Assembly (NCBI RefSeq): GCF_009914755.1
Contig: NC_060940.1
Strand: one strand, 5' to 3'
From: the human T2T-CHM13v2.0 reference genome, Homo sapiens
Length of the DNA stretch: 64,000 nt
A program made the translations under genes and the position numbers. Positions within the stretch are counted from its first letter, which is position 1. Every line of letters starts with the position of its first letter. Of this stretch, positions 20,443 through 42,279 are shown piece by piece. The notes beneath the pieces are model-generated. The model was not told where the DNA came from and did no database searches. It saw only the letters and a program-made list of their open reading frames with translations.

Positions 20443-21489
20443 TGCCTTTCAGACTCCCCGCTATCCAGGATGCCTCTGATTGGCCCCTCCAAATTATCAG
20501 TAAGACCTCTGCCTATGTGAGACAAAACTGCAAAGACAAAGTATGGTGTCCCAATTATTTTTGTGTATGCACCCACACATTGACGTAGCCTAGTAACCTA
20601 GAGAAAACAAAAGGCTTCCAACTGAGGGAGCACAAGAGCTCCAAGGGCAGTCACAATTGTGTGAGGGTGGCACCCCTGGATACCAGCGGCAGCGATTCCG
20701 AGTCAGTTCTCACAGTGGGTAGGCATTACGGTGGGGAGGCTTGTGGAATAAGGAAGAGAGGAAGCTTAGCCACGGCGCCAGCCCTCAAAGGAGCCTTGGG
20801 AAAGTCAAAACACCTAAGCCTTCTGGGGAAAGCAAGAGTCCCAGGAGAGCGAGGCCCCCCAGGCACCGGAAGTGGAAGTCCACTGGAAACCCAAGGCTGC
20901 TCCGACAGCAGCCTGTCTGGTAGACCCTCAGGCAACTGCCATTCATGGGCCCCTTCCACAGTGCTCTGCCATTAAAGCCACTCAGCTTCCTTCTCTGCCT
21001 CTTCTCATCCATTTCTTGGCTTCTCCTGTCCTACCAAATCCGTGGTTGGTACTACATTTTCTAGTCCCGTAGGGCAGGGCTGTCCAAGCCTGGGCCTCAC
21101 CAAGGCCACTGGCCACTGTTGCTCAGGGGGAAGCCTCACACTGTGCATCAGAAGCTGGAGACACTGCAGCTTCTCTCAGGAGGGGACCGTAAGCACAGGC
21201 AGCCTGTGGCTGATCTGTGTGGGACACCCAGGGTCGAGAAGGGAGGACCAAGGTGTTCACTGCAATGGAACACAGCCTTACTAGCTGTCATGTCCCCCAG
21301 ACAGCAAATTGGCTTGATTGCAATAACCAGATGGAGAGGACAAAGTGAGAATCACCCCATGTGACCAGCTGCTTCTTGACGGTGATCATTTTGGGTGCTG
21401 AATCGAGCTCCAACCCCAAACATCAGCCCCATAATTGCCCATCAACCATTTCACCTTCACCTTTCTGGGGCTTCCAGGTTCCTTCATTA

Positions 21490-24610
<3,121 letters not shown>

Positions 24611-24627
24611 AAAAAATCACAGCTTTT

Positions 24628-25325
24628 GGCCAGGCACGGTGGCTCATGCCTTAATCCCAGCACATTGGGAGGCCGAGGCAGAAGGATCGCTTAAGCCCAG
24701 GAGTTCAAGACCAGCTTGGGCAAAATGGCGAAACCCCATGTCTCTACAAAAATACAAATCTCGGCTGGGCGAGGTGGCTCACACTTGTAATCCCAACATT
24801 GTGGGAGGCCAAGGCAGGTGGATCATCTGAGGTCAGGTGTTCAAGACCACCCTGGCCAACATGGAGAAACCCCTTCTCTGCTAAAAATACAAAAATAAGC
24901 ATGACATGGTGGCACTTGAATCTGGGAGGCAGAAGTTGCAGTGGGCTGAGATCACGCCACTGCACTCCAGCCTGGGCAACAGAGTGAGACGTCATCTCAA
25001 AAAATAAAATAAAATAAGGCCGGGCACAGTGGCTCACACCTGTAATCCCAGCACTTTGGGAGGCCGAGGCCGGCAGATAACCTGAGGTCAGGAGTTCAAG
25101 GCCAGCCTGGCCAACATGGTGAAACTTAGTCTCTACTAAAAATACAAAAATTAGCTGGGCATGGTGGTGGGTGCCTGCAATCCCAGCTACTCGGGAGACT
25201 GAGGCAGGAGAATCACTTGAACCCGGGAGACAGAGGTTTCAGTGAGCCAAGTCCACTGCACTCCAGCCTGGGCTACAGAGGGAGACTCCGTCTCAAAAAT
25301 AAAATAAAACAAAATAATAAAAACA
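24628..25325 (+). mobile_element. Tandem Alu cluster
   Basis: Left monomer, internally deleted Alu and full Alu in series. Confidence 0.85.
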
Positions 25326-26110
25326 AATAAAAATTAAAAATATATAATATCCATTCTATTGTAAGTAAATTACAATTAGAAAAAAAAAAAGAGCCCCCAA
25401 AGGAAAGGAATAAAGACAGAACACAGGAAGAAAGGAGGAGAGACAGGGAGGGAAGGAGGGCCAGCATGAGTTATTTCAGGGGTGGAAAATCACCCAAGTC
25501 AAACACCACAGGTATCCCCAGTAGGTTGCAGCAAACTGCTCTCTGTAGGGACCAAGCTGTGCCCAGGATCACCCCACAACCCTGAGATTATCTGGCATGC
25601 TCACCAATCAGTTCTCATGATCTGCAGCAGGGCACATTCGGTCCTGCAGAGACGACCCAGCTGTCACCCTATCCTCCTTGCTGAAGAAGGGACCCTGCGG
25701 GGCTGCAGCTCATCTGCCTCAGGCTGGCCCATCCCTGCACAGGCCGCTGAGTCTGAGCATGTACCCTGGGAGTTGCTTACAGAGCAACTTTGTCATGTCA
25801 AGTTGACCTCCAGGGTAGATTTTCCTGCTGCAAGAGAGAGATGATATCTGGTTAGCCTGGCGGTTCTATTTCTCAATGTGAATCAGGAAATTGACATCTG
25901 ATTTAACATTTCAAAAACAATTTGTGTTCAGCCAGAATGGAGGCAGTGTCTGGGAGTGGTGAGGGATGTGAAGTGCAGCAGCGCACAGGACCTCCAGCAC
26001 TGGGAAGGAGGCCTGAGGCCAAGGCCCCTGGTCAGGACACCTGAGCAATGAATACTCTGTCTCCTTGTCCAAAGACATTTAGCATTATGGAGGTTAAAAA
26101 CAGCCAAATT

Positions 26111-26200
26111 CACATGTATACATATGTAACTAACCTGCACATTGTGCACATGTACCCTAAAACTTAAAGTATAATAATAATTAAAAAATAAAAATAAAAA
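26111..26200 (+). mobile_element. Very short 5'-truncated young L1 (L1PA2-PA4-like 3' end)
   Basis: 'cacatgtatacatatgtaactaacctgcacattgtgcacatgtaccctaaaacttaaagtataataat' plus A-tail; 15-bp TSD taaaaacagccaaat. Confidence 0.9.
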
Positions 26201-26216
26201 TAAAAACAGCCAAATC

Positions 26217-26824
<608 letters not shown>

Positions 26825-26939
26825 CTAGTAGACATCTAGTGGCTGCAAGCGCCTGTGTGCAGCGCTGGAGACCTGAGTCCTGTTGTGTGTGAAGGTGGGG
26901 CAGGGCAGCAGGGCAAATGCCGAAAACAAAAACTGATCA

Positions 26940-27238
26940 GGCCGGGCGCGGTGGCTCATGCCTGCAATCCCAGCACTTTGGGAGGCCAAGGCAGACGGAT
27001 CATGAGGTCAGGAGATCGAGACCATCCTGGCTAACACAGTGAAACCCAACTCTCCAAAAAAAAAAAAAAAAAATTAGCCAGGCATGGTGGCGGGCACCTG
27101 TATTCCCAGCTGAGGCTGAGGCAGGAGAATGGCGTGAACCTGGCAGGAGGCGGAGCTTGCAGTGAGCCGAGATCCCGTCACTGCACTCCAGCCTGGGCGA
27201 CAGAGCGAGACTCCGTCTCAAAAAAAAAAAAAAAAAAA
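26940..27238 (+). mobile_element. AluY-like element
   Basis: 'gagatcgagaccatcctggctaacac', TSD aactgatca. Confidence 0.85.
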
Positions 27239-27510
27239 GAACTGATCAATGAGCCGCCAGATGCCGAGCACCACACCGGCGAGGGCTGCGGATCGTGAAC
27301 ACTGGAGATTCAAACAGCAGAGAGACCACCTCACACCATTCTGTCAACCCGTGCCAAGTGCCCAGGCCTGTGCCAACGCTTGGCACACAATGATTCAACA
27401 GAGGCAGCCTCATGCTTCACGGCCCGATGCTCGCTTGTTGTCTATGGCCGTAGGCTAACCTGCAAATAAAGAACTGGACTGCACGGAGGTGGTCATTCAA
27501 ATGGAGGGAT

Positions 27511-27852
<342 letters not shown>

Positions 27853-28160
27853 CTAAGACACCTGTGCAAGACTGAGGTGGGCAAGAGGAGTTTCGTAGAA
27901 GAAGACAGGCTGGGGTCAAACTGGGAAATTTCCAGGGAAAAAGAGGGCTCTCAGAGTAAAAGAGTAAAGGTGGAAATGTGCCCAGACCAAAGAGGGGCCT
28001 CTGTTTGACCACAGACCTGCTCACGGTGGAGGGCAGCAGCAGGAACCAAGGCTGAGGAGCATCCAGATGGAGGGACTCAAGGAAGACTTCCTGGAGGAGG
28101 CAGTCGAGGTCTTGAATGATGGGAAGACTTTAGACATGTACAGATAAGCAGGCATGGCAG

Positions 28161-28498
28161 GGCCAGGGACCATAGCACATGCCTGCAATCCCAGCACTTT
28201 GGGATTACACTTTGGGATTACACTTAGCACTTTGGGAGGCCAAGGTGGGCAGATAACCTAAGGTCAGGAGTTCGAGACCAGCCTGGCCAACATGGTGAAA
28301 TCCCATCTCTACTAAAAAAAATACAAACTATTAGCTGGGTGTGGTGGCAGGCACCTGTAATCCCAGCTACTCAGGAGGATGAGGCAGGAGAATCACTTGA
28401 AGCCAGGAGGTGGAGGTTGCAGTGAGCTGAGATCACGCCACTGCACTCCAGCCTGGGTGACAGAGCGAGACTCTGTCTAAAAAAATAAAATAAAATAA
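28161..28498 (+). mobile_element. AluS-like element with internal templated insertion
   Basis: Alu body with duplicated cactttgggatta units. Confidence 0.85.
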
Positions 28499-28527
28499 GA
28501 AGGCATGCCAGGAGCTTTCTGAATGTG

Positions 28528-29305
<778 letters not shown>

Positions 29306-29604
29306 CCGCAGAATCAGTGGAAATTCAATTCACACATCTCCCCTACACATCTCCATACCTCAGGTACATACATTTCCTTCTGGAGATTTCATTAGATCAC
29401 AAAGGGCTGGAATGCACATGCATGTTTGGCAAATGTGGGTGCATTCGCCATTCCATTCATTCATTCACCCAGCAAATGACAGGAATGGAGCTAAGACCAT
29501 GGTTCATATCAATACCCCTGCCCTCAGAGAGCCCAGAATCTAGTCGGGGACACAGACAGGTCAACAGGTAGTTGCAATACAAGGAGATAAAAGCTTTTTT
29601 TTTT

Positions 29605-30358
29605 AAAGCTCATCATCACTGGTCATTAGAGAAATGCAAATTGAAACCACAGTGAGATACCATCTCACACCAGTTAGAATGACGATCATTAAAAAGTCAG
29701 GAAATAACAGATGCTGGAGAGGATGTGGAGAAATAGGAATGCTTTTACATTGTTGGTGGGAGTGTAAATTAGTTCAACCATTGTGGAAGACGGTGTGGCG
29801 AATCCTCAAGGATCTAGAACCAGAAATACCATTTGACCCAGCAATCCCATTACTGGGTATATACCCAAAGGATTATAAATCATTCTACTATAAAGACACA
29901 TGCACACGTATGTTTATTGCAGCACTAATTACAATAGCAAAGACTTGGAACCAACACAAATGCCCATCAATGATAGACTGGATAAAGAAAATGTGGCACA
30001 TATACACCATGGAATACTATGCAGCCATAAAAAAGGATGAGTTCATGTCCTTTGCAGGGACACAGATGAAGCTGGAAACCATCATTCTCAGCAAACTAAC
30101 ACAGGAACAGAAAACTGCACACCACGTGTTCTCACTCATAAATGGGAGTTGAACAATGAGAACACATAGACACAGTGAGGGAAACATCACATACCAGGGC
30201 CTGTTGGGGGGTGGGGGGCTAAGGGAGGGATAGCATTAGGAGAAATACCTAATGTAGATGACAGGTTGATGGGTGCAGCAAACCACCATGGCACATGTAT
30301 ACCTATGTAACAAACCTGCACGTTCTGCACATGTATCCCAGAACTTAAAGTATAATAA
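29605..30358 (+). mobile_element. 5'-truncated primate L1 (L1PA6-PA8-like): ORF2 C-terminus and 3'UTR
   Basis: ORF 29634-30152 is the L1 ORF2p C-terminus ([33 protein letters not shown]..); 3' end 'gttctgcacatgtatcccagaacttaaagtataat'. Confidence 0.97.
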
Positions 30359-31074
30359 CTTTTTTTTAAAAAAAGCCTTTTTTTTTTTTTTTTTGAGACA
30401 GATTCTCTCTCTTTCACCAAGGCTGTAGTGCAGTGGCACGATCTCGGCTCACTGCAAACTCTGCCTCCCAGGTTCAAGCAATTCTCCTGTCTCAGCCTCC
30501 TGAGTATCTGGGACTACAGGTGCACGCTACCACACCCAGCTAAGAGATAAAAACTTTGAAGAAGGTAGGCAGAGGAAAATGCAGCACAGAAAAGAGCCAA
30601 CGAATCCAGCTTCCCAGATGACAGAGTGTTGCAGTACAACAGGTCTTACTCAGCTAGGCAAAGAGCTGAGAGAGCAAAGGGAATCCAATCAGATGGAACC
30701 ATATATTTTTTTCTTTTTTTGAGACAGTCTCACTCTGTCGCCCAGGCTGGAGTGCAGTGCAATGATCATAGCTCACAGCAACCTTGAACTTCTGGACTCA
30801 AGCAATCCTCCCACCTCAGCCTCCTGGGTAGCTAGGACTACAGACGCATGTGCCTGGATAATTTTTTTTTAGTTTTTATTTTTTTGTAGAGACAAGGTCT
30901 TGGACCTTGGAACCATGTTTACCAAATGGAGGCTAGAGGAGATATGGGGAACTATGGACTAATTGGGTATGACCAGAACAGAGGTCAGAGGCTGGGATAA
31001 GTTGTTTCTGATTACAAAGTGGAGACAATTGCTGCATAGCTGCTTCTTGGACTCTTTCTTGGTCAAATAAAAGG

Positions 31075-31376
31075 GCCAGCCCAGGCACGGTGGCTCACGC
31101 CTGTCATCCCAGCACTTTGGGAGGCCGAAGTGGGCGGATCACCTGAGGTCAGGAGTTTGAGACCAGCCTGGCCAACATGGTGAAACCCCATCTCTACTAA
31201 AAATACAAAAATTAGCTGGGCATGGTGGCAGCCACCTGTAATCCCAGCTACTCAGGAGCCTGAGGCAGGAGAATCGCTTAAACCCAGGAGGTGGAGACTG
31301 CAGTGAGCCTAGATCGCACCACTGCACTCCAGCCTGGGCGACAAAGTGAGACTTCATCTCAAAGAAAAAAAAAAAG
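31075..31376 (+). mobile_element. AluS-like element
   Basis: Complete Alu, flanked by caaataaa(a/g)gggcca. Confidence 0.9.
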
Positions 31377-31899
31377 GCAAATAAAGGGGCCAATGCAGGG
31401 AGGTTCATGGCAAAGACAGGGAAGGCTCTGGGGACATCTTTCCTACATAACCTGAATCTATGTTCATCGTCATGAAAAGAAGCTCCAGGTGGAAAAAAAA
31501 AACACTGGGCTGAGCACCTCTGCCCCTGTTTCTCCTGGGTGACACCTTGCCTGGAATTTCTCTCCCTTTGAATGTCAGTGCCACTACCGGGGACACCTCC
31601 GTGTGCATTGCTCCCGTCACACCCTGCGCCAAGAGGCAACAAAACCCTTTCATTGCCACCCTCATGAGTAAAATAAAGAGAAAGAGATTCCCGCCCTGGG
31701 AACAGCCTAATTTCTCCAGCTGGTTTCTGGTCTGAGACATTGTCAGATGGTTTGTATTCCAAATGAAATGAACGAGCCAACTGTATTATCATAGTGGCAT
31801 GCAGAAAATAGCCACATCTTTGAGACAGCATTACCCATGGATACTAACTGGATGATGTTTGGTCACAAGGGTGAGAAAATCTGCAGATGAAAAGAAGAT

Positions 31900-32630
31900 G
31901 CCAGCCTGGGCAACATAGTGAGACCCCATCTCCATAAAAATAAACAAAACATTAGTCAGGCGTTGTAGTGCACGCCTGTAGTCCCAGCTACTCAGGAGGC
32001 GGAGGTTGGAGGATTACTTGAGCCCAGGAGGTCAATGTTGCAGTGAGCTATGACTGCACCACTGCACTCCAGCCTGGGTGACAGAGCAATAAATACCCTG
32101 TCTCAAAAAAAGAAGAAGGAGAAGGAGAAGAAGGAGGAGAAGAAAGAGGAAGGAAGGAAGGAAGGAAGGAGAAAGAAAAAGAAAGAAAAGGAAAGAAAGA
32201 GAAAGAAAGAAAGTGAAAGAAAAGAAAGAAAGAAAGAGGAAAGAAAGAAAGAAAGAAAAAGAAAAGGAGAGAAAAAGAAGGTGGAGTTGGGCCAGGCGCA
32301 GTGGCTCACATCTGTAATCCCAGCACTCTGGGAGGCCGAGGTGGGTGGATCACTTGAGGTCCGGAGTTCAAGACCAGCCTGGCCAAGGTGGTTAAACCCC
32401 ACCTCTACTAAAAATACAAAAATTAGCCAGGCGTCATGGCATGGGCCTGTAGTCCCAGCTACTCGGGAGGCTGAGGCAGGAGAATCGCTTGAACCCGGGA
32501 GGCAGAGGTAGCACCACTGCACTCCAGCCAGGGCGACAGAGCGAGACAGCATCTCAAAAAAAACAGAAGAAGAAGAAGAAGGAGGAGGAGGAGGAGGAGG
32601 AGGAGGAGAAGGAGAAGGAGAAGAAGAAGT
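31900..32630 (+). mobile_element. Two Alus with expanded purine tails (GA-rich 32105-32281; GAA/GAG 32565-32628)
   Basis: Alu bodies about 31900-32112 and 32290-32563, each followed by near-pure A/G tracts. Confidence 0.9.
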
Positions 32631-33403
32631 TGGAGAGGAGAGGGGATGGAGTATCTCCCCTTTGCACAAGGACTGAGTTACAGGCCAGACTTTCCAAGAC
32701 TATGTAGAGCTCTCTAGGACTCCTGACTTCAGAGAATAAGATCAGGGCTGTGGCAGAGGAACAGTCTAAGAGGCCGAGGGGACAGAATCGCCCACCTTGT
32801 AGCCCAGGGATCGAACCCCTTTAAACCACTGACCTTGTCCCTATGCAGATCTGGGCCAAGGACTGTGTGTAGGCAGAGGAGGCCCGTAGTTCAGACCAAG
32901 GGGAAGATTTTGCAAACTTGTTCTTAACTGTCACTACTTATGTGCAAGGATTCTGAAGCTTGACAAGCAGCATTGTTTCCTCCCTGAGCAATCAGAAATC
33001 AATAAAAGCAGAACTCTCTGTACTTAGGAGATCTGCGTTGGTGTGGGCCGACACGCAGCAGAACATGGCGGAGCGGGTGGGCAAAGTGATGGAGAGCCCT
33101 AGCCACGTTCCAGATGGTGCAGGAAGGGTGTTGCAGCTGAGTACAAACAGGGGAGAAAGCTGCTCCAACAAAAACCGCCGGAGCCACATGTGGGGAAAGT
33201 CAGACATTTGCGGTGCACGTGGACGGAGGCCCTCTGGAGAGGGCTGCGGTTGGTATCCGTCATCCCCGCTCCTCATCAGCAGCTGATGCTCTGGCGACAG
33301 AGGCTGTTGGCTGGGCTAGATTGGACGCGTGGAGCTTAAATGAAGCTGCCCAGGCAAGGGAGCTAGAAGCTCTGGCTCTGCTGCTAATTGGCCATGAACC
33401 TAG

Positions 33404-33685
<282 letters not shown>

Positions 33686-34279
33686 TGATCTGCCCACCTT
33701 GGCTTCCCAAAGTGCTGGGATTACAGGTGTGATCTACTGTGCCCGGCCTAATTTTTGTATTTTTAGTAGAGACAGGGTTTCTCCACGTTGGCCAGGCTGG
33801 TCTTGAACTCCTGACCTCAGGTGATCCACTGGCCTCAGCCTCTCAAACTGCTGGGATTACAGGCATGAGCCATGGCACCCAGCCATTTCCTCATTTTGAA
33901 AAGGACAGAGAGGAGGTGTGAAGGGGCGATGTTCTCTTCGGTAACACCTGAGGTCTCTGGTGGTATCACTGTTGGAAAGGGGCCTTGACACCCTCCACCC
34001 CAAACTCTACTAAAATGTGCTTCTAGCAACTCTAAACTTAAATCATTTGTGATCTTTCCTCTAGCTTTATTAGTCACTGATCTTTCTCACTGGGCCAGGA
34101 AATGAGCTTGCAAGGGGGCACTCCTCCAGATTTCCCAAGGAGAGTACCTCTCGGTTGTAAATTCACCAAAAATGTGGAACATCCCCTCCTACTGGGTAAA
34201 GTTGGCCAATGAAGTGGCAACCTTTGCTACCATCACTGCTACTGTTTTAGGTCTATTTTCCAAGAAAAAGCATATTAAA

Positions 34280-34545
34280 CCAGTTTTATTGAGACATTAC
34301 AGAACATAAAATTCACCCATTTAAAGTGTACAATTCAATGGTTTTTAGTATGTTCCTAGAATTGTATAGCCATCACCATCACCATCTAATTCACTACATT
34401 TTACTATTTCCAGAAAGAGGCCCTGCCCATTACTAGTCACTCTCATTTTGCCCCAGCCCTAGGCAACCACCAATCTACTTCCTCTCTCTAGAGATGTAAA
34501 ACATAGCATTTTGCCCCGTTAGGGACATTTCCTACAACTACGTAT
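34280..34545 (-). mobile_element. L1M 3' fragment
   Basis: 'aaaattcacccatttaaagtgtacaattcaatggtttttagtat', 'ccctaggcaaccaccaatctactt'. Confidence 0.8.
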
Positions 34546-34589
34546 AGCATCATCATATAGCACTGACTAATCAAGAACTCATGACCCAT

Positions 34590-37267
<2,678 letters not shown>

Positions 37268-38719
37268 TCATGACCCACATCAAAAGGTGTAGGCAAGGGG
37301 TGCCTTTCTTATGACACATAAAACGCCCACTTTTTTTCCTTTTAAAAATACAAATATAACTTTTTATTAAACAGCTAAACATAGACAACATTAGCAAAAT
37401 GCTTTTTAAAGAAATATTATTCACAGAATATGCTTTAAAAAAATTAACACTCAAGCACAATTTGATCTTTTCTCATTAACTCTTCACTAATATCAAACAG
37501 GCGTAATCATTTTTGTAAGACTATTTTCTGAATGCTTAAGCGCAAAGAAGAATGCCAAGTACATAAATGTGCATTAATTCATCTACTCTTCCTGACACCA
37601 GGAAGTAGATTTTAATATGATACTTATCCCATTTCTCAGAATTAGAACTGAGAGTTAGAGATATTAAAGAACTTGCCCAAAGCCACAAACCCGGTGTCAG
37701 AGTTGAGACCCAATCTAGTCTTCTGACTCCAGAATCGATGCTGTCTTATTAAAAGACGACGGTTCTCAAGGAACATGAAAACAGCCATTCTCTCATCAGT
37801 TAGGGGCCTGTTTAAACAAATCCACCCCAAAAAGCTTTTTCTTAGCATTCTCTACTAATAGCTTGCAAACTGTCTTCCAAAAATAATTTTTAAGTCTGCA
37901 TCCTTTACAACAACAACAACAAAAAACCTTCAAACAATTCAGTGTAAGGACCTTTTTTTAGTAGAATGTGGTTTTGGAGCAGAAGCAGACGATGAGTTCT
38001 TGGCCAAATCTTACATCTTTTAAGGCCTCTTCTATAAAATCGGACAACTCAGAAGTGATAAGGACCAGAAACACGCCAGGTCCATGTTTTTTACATGGCC
38101 CTTCCAGACATAGATCCCGCCTCCGCCACCATCTCTACAGAGTCGTCTAGTTCCTTCTGAGATAGAAAGGTCATCCCAACAGCAATGATTCTGGTTTAGC
38201 AGGGGGGATATTTGAAGCAGGTCCCTTTGGAGGAAGTGGGCCCCTCCTACAAGCCAAGCTTTCAACAGCCGGAGTTTGTGTTTTGCGACTCCAAACTGAT
38301 CACCGTTGACTGCACTAACGTTGGTTCTCCAGGACACATTTGGAAATGAGACAAACAGATCCTCACTGAGTCTTGGCTGGTCTCCTGATCTATTTTTTTT
38401 TTTTTTTTTTTTTTGAGATGGTCTTGCTCCATCACCCAGGCTGGAGTGCATTGGCACAATCACTGCTCACTGCAGCCTCTGACTTCCCAGGCTCAAGCAA
38501 TCCTCCCACCTCAGCCTCTCGAGTAGCTGGAACTACAGGCATGTGCCACCATGCTTAGCTAAATTTTTTGTATTTTTTGTAGAGGTGGGGTCTCACTATG
38601 TTGCCCAGGCTGGTCTCAAATTCCTGGGCTCAAATGATCCTCCCACCACGGCCTCCCAAAGTGCTTGGATGAGCCATGAGCCACCACACCCGGCCTTGGC
38701 TGTTCTCTTGAATGAAGGG

Positions 38720-39004
38720 GATTACAAACTGGGGGTCTCAGGCTGGCCCTTTCTTGCCTTCTGGGTGGTCTGGAAGCAGGGACAGCCACTCTGCACAGAG
38801 TGCACGTCGCAGCAAGCACACTGAGGGGATGCCTGGCTTCTTGATGGCTTTCCTCTTCCTACTTAAAGTCCCTTCCTGAGACACAGTTGTATTCCCGGCC
38901 TTAGATCTCATATGTCCCTGAATCTTTTAAATAAATTATTCTCTTTGGCTTAAACTACTTCCAGATCATTGGGGTACATGTCATAAGAGAATCCTAACTG
39001 ATAC
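38720..39004 (+). mobile_element. Old MaLR LTR 3' part (MLT1H-J-like)
   Basis: 'aataaattattctctttggcttaaacta', end 'agaatcctaactgataca'. Confidence 0.55.
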
Positions 39005-39820
39005 ACTATTAAATTCATTTCTTCATGACTTGTATGACCACTGAAGTTAATTTGTCCTATTGTAGTCCAGATTCAAAGAAGAGGAAAGAATCTCCAGACA
39101 AGTGTGGCCCACCAGCATGAAGAGGAAAGCTCTCCAAGCCATGAGGACCAAAAATGAGCCCCATCCTCCTATGCTCCTCTAGAAAATGTGCAACAACAAA
39201 ATATATAAAATATAGTTTGGTTGCCAAAGAGAGGTCAAATGTTGAACTATGACAGTGATGGCATTCAAATGCATTCATCTTTAATGCTGCATCTGTCTAC
39301 AAAAACGAAAACAAAGCAAGTAAAGCTCCTTGGTTAAAAATAGTGCTTTTTAATTGGCTGGGCCCAGTGGCTCACATTTGTAATCCCAGCACTTTGGGAG
39401 GGCAAGGCAAGCGGATCACCTGAGGTCAGGAGTTCGAGACCAGCCTGGCCAACATGGTGAAACCCCGTCTCTACTAAAATATTAAAATTAGCCAGGTGTG
39501 GTGGCACACGCCTGTAATCCTCATCTACTCAGGAGGCAGGAGAATCGCTTGAACAACAACAAAAAAAAATAGTGCTTTTTAAAGCAAACAGGTAAGGGCA
39601 AGGGAAAGGACATTGACTGGGAGGCAAGGAGTAAACTTAAAGGGAAAACAGCATCCCACAGATGTGCCCTTGAGGTTGACGCCAAGCCAGAAAGGGTGGT
39701 TCCCTACAATTCATCTGGACCCCTAGGAAGGGGCAAAAGTTCAGAAATCCTAAGCTTTAATATAAGGGAGAAGGAAGAGTGGAGGGCAGGGAGTCATTTT
39801 CTTTTTTTTCTTTTTTTTAA

Positions 39821-40132
<312 letters not shown>

Positions 40133-41178
40133 TAAGAAGCAACACCTCCCATGGTCCAAGCCAGCCGCCTCACACTCCGTAAATAAACCATGCTGATTCA
40201 AACCCAAATGGCTTTGCTCAGCTCTCACCAAGCCTGGAAGATCTTCCCTTCTCCTGTCTACTTAATCCAGTCCCAGCCATCCCTTAACACCTAGTATAAA
40301 AGGTTCCTTCCTCGCTGTCATCTCTCTGATGTCCCTCTCAACCAGATTCCCACAGCACAGAGAATCACAGCTGGAATGGCCCTGATGGAAAGCATCCAAC
40401 TTGGCCATCCCTCCTGCTGAAGCTCTTGATTATGTGTCTGATGTCGACTGTTGTGTTGAGATGGGCAAGAACAGAACCACAAAGAAGTTCCCTCCTCCTC
40501 TGAGTGATCAAGCCCCAGCCATCTGGAGAAACCAAGGTGAAAAAGTGACTGAGAAGCGTGTCAACAGATAAATTACCCAACTTAGCAAGCCACACTCGCA
40601 GATCGGGGTCTTGTCTTTACAGAGATCCCATATTTTCCATGAAACCACCTTTATTATCATCACCTGTTGGAAACAGAATGGGTAAAGAGAGATAGGGAAG
40701 GAAAAATATGAATGACCAATGATCTAATTTGCAGCAGATAGGCCCAGGAACAGCTGCGGAGGTGCCATGACTGCTCACAGCCCCACCGACATTGCAGCGT
40801 GACCGTCTGCGTGAGCTCCTAGGCAGCGTCCAAAAAGTCAACCCGACCTGCACATGGATGCTGCCCGGAACATTTGGCCAAGAGGGGTCTCTGTATTCAG
40901 CTCCAGATGCTGACATTGGCTGGTGGTGATTCTGACCCCCTCACCCTCACCCCATTTGGATTTTAACACGTGCAGGGTCTCAGCTGTTCTTAGGCCTCAA
41001 AACAGTAACCAGGAGTCAAGGCATAAAGCTGGGTGGCCCTGACGGCTCCTTGCTGATGGAACTGACTTCTCTGAAGACAAAAGACATGGATTAACAAAGC
41101 CTGAGGATACAGAATATTTGAAATCCACACAGAAACTTGGTGCCCTTCCTGTCACCACGGAATTAGCCCTGGGATTTA

Positions 41179-41830
<652 letters not shown>

Positions 41831-41924
41831 TATTTCTATTAATGATCCTGCCATCTTCTTCCCCATCCTCTAGACTTGCTGATCATCTTGGATTCCACTT
41901 TTTTTTTTTTTTTTTTTTTTTTGA

Positions 41925-42272
<348 letters not shown>

Positions 42273-42279
42273 TAGGAGG

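Noticed and set aside
26828-26846. CTCF-like gacatctagtggc
   Set aside because: Mismatch in the core; cannot be supported without a PWM score or ChIP data.
29634-30152. 172-aa ORF with a cysteine-rich motif
   Set aside because: L1 ORF2p C-terminus of a 5'-truncated element with no promoter, endonuclease or RT.
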